Below, piece by piece: positions 1 to 10,145 of a DNA stretch of 33,415 nucleotides (positions are counted from its first letter, which is position 1; each line of letters starts with the position of its first letter). This DNA comes from Macrostomum lignano (taxonomy: Eukaryota): positions 1 to 33,415 of the forward strand of contig NIVC01004850.1 of NCBI GenBank assembly GCA_002269645.1, given 5' to 3'. A program made the position numbers and the translations under genes. The notes under the pieces are model-generated. The model searched no databases. It was given only the letters and a program-made list of their open reading frames with translations, and was not told the origin of the DNA.

Positions 1-48
1 ATATTTTACTCCTTTCAGAGACTCTCGATGTATTATCATAGATAGAAG

Positions 49-1052
49 CTGTGGCGTGGGCAGGATTTTAATTGGAGGGCCGCTACCTTGAAAGGCAACA
101 GTTTAATCGGGGTTCGATTCTCGACCTCTTGAGTGAGTGGGCGCCCCTGTCTCTTGGTGGCGCCCCTGTCTCTTGGTGGGCGCCACTGTCTCTTGGTGGG
201 CGGCCTGTCTCTTGGTGGGCGCCCTTTCTCTTGGTGGGCGTCCCTGTCTCTTGGTGGGCCCCTGTCTCTTGATGGGCGCCCTGTCTCTTGGTGGGCACCC
301 CTGTCTCTTGGTGGCGCACTGTCTCTTGGTGGCGCCCTGTCTCTTGGTGGGCGCACTTCTCTTGGTGGGCGGCCCTGTCTCTTGGTGGGCCCCTGTCTCT
401 TGGTGGGCCCTGTCTCTTGGGGCGCACCCTGTCTCTTGGTGGGCGCCCTTTCTCTTGGTGGGCCCCTGTCTCTTGTGGGCACCCCTGTCTCTTGGTGGGC
501 GCCCCTGTCTCTTGTGGCGCCCTGTCTCTTGGTGGGCACCCCTGTCTCTTGGTGGGCGCCCCTGTCTCTTGTGAGCCCCTGTCTCTTAGTGGGCGCCCCT
601 GTCTCTTGGTGGGCGGCCCTGTCTCTTGGTGGGCACCCCTGTCTCTTAGTGGGCGCCCCTGTCTCTTGATGGGCACCCCTGTCTCTTGGTGGGCGCCCCT
701 GTCTCTTGATGAGCGCCCCTGTCTCTTGGTGGGCACCCCTGTCTCTTGGTGGCGCCCCTGTCTCTTTGTGGGCACCCCCTGTCTCTTGGTGGGCGCCCCT
801 GTCTCTTGGTGGGCGGCCCTGTCTCTTGGTGGGCACCCCTGTCTCTTAGTGGGCGCCCCTGTCTCTTGATGAGCGCCCCTGTCTCTTGGTGGGCCCCCCT
901 GTCTCTTGGTGGGCGGCCCTGTCTCTTGGTGGGCGCCCCTGTCTCTTGGTGGGCACCCCTGTCTCTTGGTGGGCGCCCCCTGTCTCTTGGTGGGCGGCCC
1001 TGTCTCTTGGTGGGCACCCCTGACCTCCGGCTCTCCTCTGCGTAGGCCGCTG
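49..1052. mobile_element. hAT-type MITE carrying a 20-bp minisatellite array
   Basis: Left end CTGTGGCGTGGGCAGG (49-64) versus reverse complement of the right end CAGCGGCCTACGCAGA(GG) (ends 1052), about 10/16 identical. Flanking 8-mers GATAGAAG (41-48) and GACAGAAG (1053-1060) match 7/8, consistent with an 8-bp TSD. CAG termini plus an 8-bp TSD fit the hAT superfamily. Confidence 0.6.
137..1021. repeat. Minisatellite, ~20-bp unit GTGGGCGCCCCTGTCTCTTG, roughly 45 copies
   Basis: Directly visible tandem array. It explains all the repetitive ORFs between 36 and 1262. Confidence 0.97.
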
Positions 1053-2099
1053 GACAGAAGTGACAGAAAAATCGGCTTTAGTGATCAAATCAATGTTGGT
1101 TCTTCCCTTTTTCTATTCATTTATTTACGATTGGCATCGAAAATAAGGCTTACAATCTTTTTCAATTTATCAGACATAAAATATGAATTTATCAACAAAT
1201 TTTATACCATGTGTAGTCCATGCAGTCTTGAATATAATACGACATTAATTTCTTACAAATGAAATAACATGTAAAAAATCCTACCATCCTGAGAATAGTG
1301 ACTGAGCAATAGCTAAATAATAAGAGCAATAGAAGTAAAGGTATTTCTTAAGTGTCTTCGAATGAGGTAAACGCAAGGCAAAGCGGATCCTATAGTATCA
1401 TCCTCTGCTTAGGGACAACTGAAACAGGTGAAATCAGTAGATTGCATGTCTAAACAACGCCTAGTCATATTTTATTGATGTGTACTCTTTCAAGCTAATT
1501 TCGATTAGCCGTCAGTGATAATTGATTAATAAATTGGCTCCAAATATCCCACAAATTTATTCATAAATCACACGGTGACAGCGAATACTGGGTAGAATTC
1601 TCTCAGAGGCTTCACACTGCCGTTTGATAATTAATGACCCTTGGGTAAACATCGCGGCATATGGCGAGAGAAATTAATTGAATAATAGGGATAATACACC
1701 GTTCCTAAAGCTGAGAAGTTTGCCTCTCTTGAGTTTCGCAATTGCACTTATGATTGCATGCCCCCAGAAGAAGAAGGAAGAAATTATGCAAGTGGACGAT
1801 CGATGAATGTGAGAAGTTCATCAAGAAGTTGAGCCATCGGATTCTATGCATACTCATTATTCTGGATCAAGAATAAATATACCTTAGCTATGTAGAACCT
1901 TGACCATAATCCCACATTGAAAAGAATTCTTTTGTCTGAGACAACAAAGGAAAAGTTAGAGAAAGTCACACAGCAATTGTTGTTGGTTACAGTGCTCAAA
2001 CAGAATCCTTTCCCTCACTACGGAAGTCGATGCATTGAGGAAAGCTTTTCTAAAAACTTTTATAGACTATCACAGCTTTTCGACTTTTTTCTCTGCATT

Positions 2100-2300
2100 G
2101 GGATTGTAGCCTAGTGGTTAGAGCGTCGGAAAGGTCGGGGGTTCGATTCCCGATACCACAGGAATAATTTGTGTCCTTGAGCAAGACACTTAATTCTGCA
2201 TTGCTTCAGTTCATCCAGCTGTAAAATGGGTGCCAGCATTAGCTGGGGGTAATTAACGGTGTGTGTGTGGCGACCCCCCAGTCCATGGACTGAACAGCCG
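2100..2300 (+). mobile_element. tRNA-derived CORE-SINE
   Basis: Pol III A box TAGCCTAGTGG (2107-2117) and B box GTTCGATTCC (2141-2150), followed by TGTGTCCTTGAGCAAGACACTTAA...CAGTTCATCCAGCTGTAAAATGGG (2170-2230), which closely parallels the MIR/CORE consensus. The 3' boundary is uncertain. Confidence 0.75.
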
Positions 2301-2314
2301 TACGCAGCCTTCAG

Positions 2315-3164
2315 ATGCATCGCGCAATAGCTGCGCGCAATAGCTGGGAATGCCAGCCGTGCAAGCCGGACAACTTCGGTCAGTTCCCGTCGCACATTGC
2401 CGTCACGAACAGCAGCGCCAAATGCCTCAGCCTAATCGCTGATTTCTGCCAGAAGAAGCACGGAATCAGTCGCAAGCAGGTGATCAACTATCGCGACCTC
2501 GAGGGCAATGTCCCCCTGCACGCTGCGGTGAACTGCGGCGACCCGAACGCCGTGAGGCTCTGCCTGGAGCTCGAGGCTGACATCGACACCGAGCAGGATG
2601 ATTCGAGCACACCGGTACACTTCGCCTGTCTGAAAGGCGAACTGGAGATGGTCCAGATGATGTTCGAATTCCAGCCTAAGAAGGTGCGCGACGTGTTGGC
2701 CCACCGGGACAAGAACGGACACACGCCGCTGCACAAGGCCGTGATGTTCAACCAATCTGAGCTGGTCAAGTTCCTGCTCTCTAAGGTGAGGCCTTATCTA
2801 AGAACGCGATGAAGTTATCTAAGAAGCGGTCAACCTAACTGATAATTGAGATGGCCAACTCAAATGCTGAAAATTACTTTCGCACTGCAGGGCAGCGATC
2901 CAGGACAACCAGGATAACACAGCCTTGCTGCTTGCAGCCCGGAAGAGCGCATTCGACTGTCTGGTCACGCTGTTCTGCTCCGGAGCCGACATTTCCGCTG
3001 TTGACGTTGACGGCAGGAATGTCGTCCACTTGTGCACCATCAATGGCGCCAAGAAGGACCAGTGGAACAATCCGTGCATTGTTAAAGTTAGTTTTTGATT
3101 GATTGATTGATTGATCGATCGATTGATTGATGGATGGATGGATTGATTGATTGATTGATGGATG

Positions 3165-3243
<79 letters not shown>

Positions 3244-6200
3244 ATTGAAGGTGCAAAAGCACTTGGTGCAATAGGATACCTGTCAAACCAGTCTCAAAAC
3301 AGCGCCTTCAAATAGCTTCACATCAATCAATTGAAGAAGCTGGCACCGCTGCTCAACCTGAAGGATCAGTACGGCTGCACGCCGCTGCACTACGCCACGC
3401 AGAAGGGCGACCTGATGATCACCGAGAAGCTGCTGCACCTGGGCGCCCAATGCCGGGTAGCCAACAATGACCGGAGCACGCCGTTGCACTTCGCCGCCCG
3501 CTACGGCCGATTGAACACCTGTCGGCACCTTGTTGAGTCCGGCCCGCCCCTGCTCAACACCCTCGACCGGTTGGGCCACTCGCCGTTGCACCTGGCAGCC
3601 GAGAATGGGCACGCGAAAATCGTGCGAATTCTCCTGCAGCGAGGCGCCGTGTTCTAAAAGTGAGGAGGGGCATTTAATTTGAAAACGCCGAGTCTAAAGT
3701 AGGGATCGGCAAACACCGGCCCGCGAAGCCTCTCTATCCGGCCCTCATCTTCCTTTGAAACTTCACAATAGTAATGTTCAAGGTTTGTCTCTTCTCAGCT
3801 CTCTTCGCAGTTCTGTCCTCCCCCCTCCTCTCATCTCTCCTCTCTCTCCTTTCATATCCTTTCATATATTCATATCTTCTCCTCTCATCTCTACTTCCTC
3901 TCTCCTTCCATCTCTTCTCCTCTCATCTTTCCTCTCCTCTCTCCTTTCATCTCTTCTCCTCTCATCTTTCCTCTCCTCTCTCCTTTCATCTCTTCTCCTT
4001 TCCTCTCTAGATAGATTTATCTCTAAATAAATAGATTTCGAAAAGATTTGCACTTTGCACAGGGCAGACTGGGGTTTGGCCATAGACAAATTTCGGTTGA
4101 GAAAAAACCGCGCTAGAAAAACTGCACACTAAAACTACAGAAACAGCAGAATTTTATTTTGGAACTTTCGGAGGGTAGACACTGCGGATAGATTATTGAA
4201 AAGCCGAAAATTTCCTATCTCTGAAATGCTTCTTGAGCTTTAGAATGTTTAAACGGCATTATAAGAGTTCTCATTTGAACACGTCACGGGACTGATTATC
4301 TACTCAACCTGCGAGTATACTTCAAGTAGGTAAAGGCTATAGGTATGAAGCATCGATTGGTACTGCTAATTGAAGAATAGTGTAATTTAGCTGTCTATCA
4401 CAGCCGTCTATATATAGGCAGTTGAAGATCTTCATTGAAACTTTTAATCATTTTACATTTTAGAGACACTAACGGCAACACCTGCCTACACCTGGCGGTT
4501 CGCAATGGCCACATGACTGCATCAGATTGCTGCTCAGCGTCAATCCAATTCTTATCGATGCTCAGAACCGAGAAGAGGTGATTTTATTGAAACCCTTTTT
4601 AAAACATATTTGTCTGTCTGTCAGTAACTATTTTGCAGCTTAACATTTGTTTATCTCGTAGTTTGTGACAATTAATTTCACTTTCTGTCGACCAATAGAC
4701 TACTGTTGAGCTTGAATGAGGTACTGTAGCTTCTTCTCGAATGAGCACATCTAAAATACTCATTTTTCCAGCTTAGTTCTACGTCTACTCAACGTTTCCA
4801 CTGAACACACTAATTTAATTAATCTATCCCAGCTTAGCACATCAAAGGTTGAGCACAGCTAATATTTGACATTTATCGTCCAAGTTGATTTGGCATTTAA
4901 TTATATTTACCTTTGTCCATCCGCTAATTTTACCTTGAACAATCATATTAGGTCCACTCCAGACCATAATCAAGTGGATTACGACTCACTAATTACTTAA
5001 TTGACCAATGACCGTAGCATAGATTGCACTAATTGACTTGTCCTAGCAGACATCACTACTTATAGCGTATTATCAAGGTTTGTAAAGAGTTTTTGCCCTA
5101 ACTAATTAAACTGGATAGCATAAAAAATCCTAATGTTGAGTTTACAGATGTTACAGTTCAGATTTCCAGTAAATTACGTTGATTACAAGCTTGACCCACC
5201 TGAAATTTGAACAGAAAACTGCCTTACACCTGGCTGCACAATCTGGCCAAGCCGAGGTCGTGTCGCACCTGCTGAGCTGCGGTGCCAGCCTCATCAAGGA
5301 CTGCAACGGTTACCTGTTCGTGAACTACGCCACCAGGGCCAAGGAGAAGGAAGTGCTCATAGCCGTGATTCAGCATGCTCGCTGGACTGAAGTGCTGCTC
5401 TCCGTGTCTGTCGGGTGCTGCCCCGTGTTCGAGTGCATCCAGTACCTGCCCGAGTGTGCTAGTGTGAGCAGCATAAATACCTTTTTTTCTGTAGCTTTTT
5501 CCGGAAAAGAACATGACAAATCAAGTTACAGATTGTCAATTCAGAGCTACAAAACTAGCAATCTAGTGCCCCCCCTTCGCGGCGCCCAATTAGCAAGGGA
5601 CGAAATTTATTTATGAAAATCCTTTCAAATAAGAGCAAATTTTCTTAAAAGCATTCCTATTTCAGTTTAATAAATCACCTTATTCGAGTAAAATTGTTCA
5701 AAAGATTGAATAATTACTTTTCGAATAATCTACTTCCGACCTCTCAGTCTTGATATCCTAACAATTCCCCCAGTAAGCCTCGACACCTCAGCAATCCCCC
5801 AGTAAGCCTCGATATCTCAGTAATTCCCCCAGTAAGCCTCGACATCTCAGTAATTCCCCAGTAAGCCTCGACATCTCAGTAATTCCCCCAGTAAGCTCGA
5901 CATCTCAGCAATCAGAGTTACCAAAAAGACTTGAATCGACCAATTCTTTTTATTTTCAATATTGTTACCAACACTGACACAATTCAAGTGGGAGTCACAA
6001 CTCACACTGTTGATAAATAAAAAAGCCTGTTGTGATGCAGTCTTTATTAAAATTTAGAATTCAGTTGGTCAGTTTTTTCTCGAACGCTTGACTCAGGCGT
6101 TAGGAGTGGAATTCTACTGTCCTTGTCTTATAATGCGCTCACACGTAAAATTGACTCTTAACGCGACCTCATTCACTCCTACTCCCAGAGTTTGCTCCTA

Positions 6201-7669
6201 GCTTCTTCGCACCGCTAACTCCGAACTGCTACACTCCTACGCTCTTTCAAAAGACACTGGACACTTGGTTTGGCCATTTGTATCCATCGTTGTCGTTGCG
6301 CATAAGTGATGTAAAATTCAGAAACGAAGTCCCTCTATCCTCCGGGCGATTCAACCCCTACAACTGCGTTTTGAACACGCGTACTTTCTATTCTAGCCAC
6401 TCGTCCCCTATGCTCAAAATCCCGTGGTCTATGTACATAAGCCAGCTAGCGTACATTACTCAAATTGGTTGAGTATTGGCTAAGTTGGTCCAAGCCGCTG
6501 AAACTGCCCTTCTTTTCGAAATCTACGCTTGTAAAATTCTCACACAGCATAATATTTAGAGAGAAATGCACACAAAGTAGACTAGAAGTAGACCAACCGC
6601 ATTTTGCAAGAAAAGTTAGCGAATGCTTCATATACTCGTAGCATCTAGACTTTCTAACAAACGGGAAATAATCAAAATTTCAGATGGCTTTGGATCGCAG
6701 CATTACGGACAAAGGCTACAAGGTCTGTTATTTATTTGTCTCTATTTGTCTCTAAGAATATTAGCTACTAATGATCGATACGAGTGTACAAGTTATCCTT
6801 TAATCAGTAAACCTACGCACACAGGAATTCCAATTGGAGGTGGCCACAACCCTAACGGGCACCAATATTTGGGTGTCTTGGTTCGCGAATATATCTCCAG
6901 AGACGTCGCCCCTGTCACCTGGTGGGTGCACCTGTCTTGTGGTGGGCGTTCATATTTCTAGGGGACGCCCCTGTCTCTTGGTGGGCATCCCTGTCTCATG
7001 ATGGACGTCCCTGTTTCTTAGTGGACGTCCCTGTCTCTTGGTGGGCATCCCTGTCTCTTGGTGGGCATCCCTGTCTCATGATGGACGTCCCTGTTTCTTA
7101 GTGGACGTCCCTGTCTCTTGGTGGGCATCCCTGTCTCTTGGTGGGCATCCCTGTCTCATGATGGACGTCCCTGTTTCTTAGTGGACGTCCCTGTCTCTTG
7201 GTGGGCGCCCCTGTCTCTTGGTGAGCAAAAGTTGAGCTTCTGCCATTCGTGAGCTTCATAAATTTTTTTGAGGCGATGGGCCCACCTGACCCTCTACGCA
7301 CGTCACTGAATCGACAAGACAAATAATCTTTCAATTAGTAGACCCACTGAGAGCGATAAACTGGTTGGTGTTAAGATTCCTTTGTTAAGCAACAAATTCA
7401 ACAGGCTTTTATTTTTTTCCAATTCAGACCGTCTATGACTTCAGCCTGCTGCAGTTTGCCGTTGAAAAAATCCCTGTTTACGAGGAGACGTTGGGACAAA
7501 AGTACCCGTTTTTGCCTATTCTTCGAGTGAGTGGACCTGCAAATAGCAAAACTCTTTACATTTTCTCTCAAAAAATGTAAAAAGCCCTCACATTACAGCA
7601 CATGGTCAACCTGAACCGCGTTAGCCTGCTGACTCATCCACTTTGCGAGGCCTATCTGTCAATGAAATG
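2315..7669 (+). CDS. TRPA1: TRPA1-like ankyrin-repeat cation channel, partial (ankyrin array to pre-S1 region), with reading-frame lesions
   Basis: Exons with GT/AG boundaries: ~2315-2785 (5' edge uncertain), 2891-3086, 3316-3659, 4464-4577, 5215-5463, 6684-6722, 7428-7526, 7599-7669. The translation is collinear with vertebrate TRPA1: PCKPDNFGQFP, GCTPLHYA, STPLHFAARYGRLNTCRHL, CPVFECIQYLPEC, MALDRSIT, YDFSLLQ, MVNLNRVSLLTHPLCEAYLSMKW. Lesions are a frameshift at ~2891-2900, an in-frame TAA at 3655-3657 and a 1-nt deletion at ~4515. No transmembrane exons were found in the window. Confidence 0.9.
3096..3243. repeat. (GATT)n/(GATG) microsatellite in a TRPA1 intron
   Basis: Directly visible tetranucleotide array. 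Confidence 0.97.
3805..4010. repeat. CT-rich low-complexity tract
   Basis: Polypyrimidine tract with an internal duplicated block (TCTCCTCTCATCTTTCCTCTCCTCTCTCCTTTCATC). Confidence 0.85.
5761..5912. repeat. Minisatellite, ~30-bp unit AATTCCCCCAGTAAGCCTCGACATCTCAGT, about 5 copies
   Basis: Directly visible tandem array in a TRPA1 intron. Confidence 0.92.
6805..7308. mobile_element. Second hAT-type MITE copy carrying the same 20-bp minisatellite
   Basis: Its 5' flank CAGGAATTCCAATTGGAGGTGGCCACAACCCTAACGGGCACCA resembles 61-100 of the first copy. The 3' end CCTCTACGCACGTCACTG (7291-7308) resembles CCTCTGCGTAGGCCGCTG of the first copy. No TSD is recognisable. Confidence 0.5.
6905..7223. repeat. 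20-bp minisatellite with an 80-bp higher-order repeat
   Basis: Units GTGGGCATCCCTGTCTCATG / ATGGACGTCCCTGTTTCTTA / GTGGACGTCCCTGTCTCTTG / GTGGGCATCCCTGTCTCTTG repeat in that order about 3 times (6981-7220). Confidence 0.95.
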
Positions 7670-7851
7670 GTATGAGATTTGCTGACTCTAGGGGTAAAAT
7701 CAATTGTTGCTGTGATAATATATTGCTGTGAGCATGTGTACATGCGTGACTCTGTGATTTGTGACTTTGAGCCTGTGCTAATTAAGTTTGACTTAGATGG
7801 GGGGGGGCTAATCGAATTTTTCACAAAAGTTGTCGAACCCAAAGCACAGAG

Positions 7852-8096
7852 CAGGGATGGATTTAGGGGGGGGGGCAGCTGCCCCCCACCCCAAAAATAG
7901 CTTGACAGAACAAATTGCGCCCCCCAAAAAAACCTAAGTTTGCGAACCCAAACACCTTTTTTGCGCCCCTAAGCTTGATTTTTCGCCCCCTATACGCATT
8001 TTTGCGCCCCTAGGTTAAAAATTGGCGCCCCTTATACTCGTGTTGGCGCCCCAAACTTAGACCGCCCCCCAAAATGAAACTCTAGATCCGCCACTG
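7852..8096. mobile_element. hAT-type MITE
   Basis: Left end CAGGGATGGATTTAG versus reverse complement of the right end CAGTGGCGGATCTAG, 11/15 identical. Internal degenerate (TT)GCGCCCC repeats are present. The TSD is only partial (..CAGAG / GCAGAG). Confidence 0.55.
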
Positions 8097-8633
8097 GCAG
8101 AGTGTTTAAAACCCTACGACAAAAAATCTACGAGCTTATACAACCTGTGCGCAATCGGCACTAGCTAGCTAGCTAATTATAAAATAAAAATTAACTAAAA
8201 AATCCAATCAACGAATTAATGTAATCGATGTAATTTTTATGTAATTTAAAATTGACCGAATTTGCGGTTTATTTTGTTATAAACTTCACTTTGTATACTC
8301 GAATTTTCTGTCTCTTTTAAATAAGAGCTGTATAGATTCGTTATTGTATATACTTTATAAAAAAAGAAAATTTCACAGATCACAGATAAAACTTGGAAAA
8401 TTTATTTATAGCACACATTTTCAATAAAATTATTAAGAATATTTTTGGCTTTTGTCCAACTCGTACTTTACTAAGGCAACAGAGTTGGCTTACAGCATAT
8501 TTGTTGGTTTGTCTTTTATAAAGTTAAAAAAGGAATAAAATGCGTTCACCGTTTAAAGTAAAAATGAAAGAGAAAATTGAGATGCGATATGGAACGTCAA
8601 TACTGATTGATCACATCAGTGTGGCAAAAATAT

Positions 8634-9244
8634 TCAAGGTGAATTGCGCATCTTCCGTATGAATTCAGCCGCTTCTGGCCTCTCGTTGGCTTCAGCCCAC
8701 TCTTTCGCAGTGAGTCCATGCTCTCCCTTCGCCTCCCAGTCGGCTGGGTCCTTGATGTAGCGAGCCAGCGTCTCCAGACAGGCCACCTGGTTTCGTCTGG
8801 CGGCCAGAATGATGGCGGTGTTGCCGCGGTTGTCCGTCAGCCTGTAGTTGGCCTTCTTCTTCAGGAGCAACTCAGCGATGGCTGCGTGACCTCTCTGGGT
8901 GGCGTACATGAGGGCAGTGAAGCCGGACTTGTCCTGCAATGCAAAACATGAATTGTTTCTTAATACCTGCATATTTTGTCATTAAATATTATCCCAAGAA
9001 TTCACACGTACCTGCTCATTGATCTTCACCAGATGGTTTTAGTCAGTCTGCATACGATCTCAAGGCTGCCGGCAATGCTGCCGAGAATCAGAGCAGTTCG
9101 ATTGCTAAGTAGGCTGTTCTGGCCGCTGATGTCCACGTCGGGATGTGGGCAAGGGACGTCGACTGCGGTGTCGACCGATCGCCAAGAGTGAGGGTCGGTT
9201 GTCACAGCGCATATTCGCGATTGGGTCCTTTGTTTGGCTACCAT
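8634..9244 (-). CDS. Small ankyrin-repeat protein (2 exons, one apparent 1-nt frameshift)
   Basis: Exon 1 runs from ~9244 (start uncertain) to 9012 (NRTALILGSIAGSLEIV...KINEQ, donor GTACGT). The 78-nt intron is 9011-8934. Exon 2 is 8933-8634 (DKSGFTALMYATQRGHAAIAELLL, DNRGNTAIILAARRNQ, TGA stop). The frame is restored by one extra A in the A4 run (plus-strand TTTT, 9037-9040). Confidence 0.8.
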
Positions 9245-9695
9245 GCTTTCTGTGGTTGTGCTTAACTGATGCAATTCCTAGTTTAATATGTATTAAGTTC
9301 TGAGATGGAATTACGAGTATTATTCACCATAAAAACTTGCTTATCGGGCTATTTATTACGTATTTACACACAATAATATTTTTGCCGGCAATTCCGCGAA
9401 AATGCCATGGAATAGCCGTCGCTCACTAAATATACTGAGGCAATTTTGTTTCTGTTGAGGGCTACACGCTTGGTTTGCTTAATCAAGGTTACCAGCCCAG
9501 TCATTGCTAAAAATATCTTTAGGGTGCACTCGTTAACTGGTCAAAGGGCACTCTGTCTGCTTTGAGATTTCAAAGATTTGACGAAATAAACAACATGACG
9601 AACTTAGGTTTGAAAAGTGCCATTCTGTAGCTAAGAACTCGCGAAATGAAGATTTATTTAAAATTTCACATTTGTGTTTTTCTGATGCAAAGTAT

Positions 9696-10106
<411 letters not shown>

Positions 10107-10145
10107 CAAAAGACAGTCTCATAGTCACATGACCAGCAATGCTGC

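Noticed and set aside
137-1021. Possible CRISPR-like array
   Set aside because: Units are directly tandem with no unique spacers, the context is eukaryotic and no cas genes are present.
36-1262. Multiple long overlapping ORFs (PTKRQG/HQETG and CLLVG/VSWWA repeats)
   Set aside because: They are translations of the 20-bp minisatellite in several frames on both strands, with no evidence of coding function.
1768-1875. Short frame RRRKKLCKWTIDECEKFIKKL resembling a SANT/Myb helix
   Set aside because: Too short, with no clear splice partners or further motif support.
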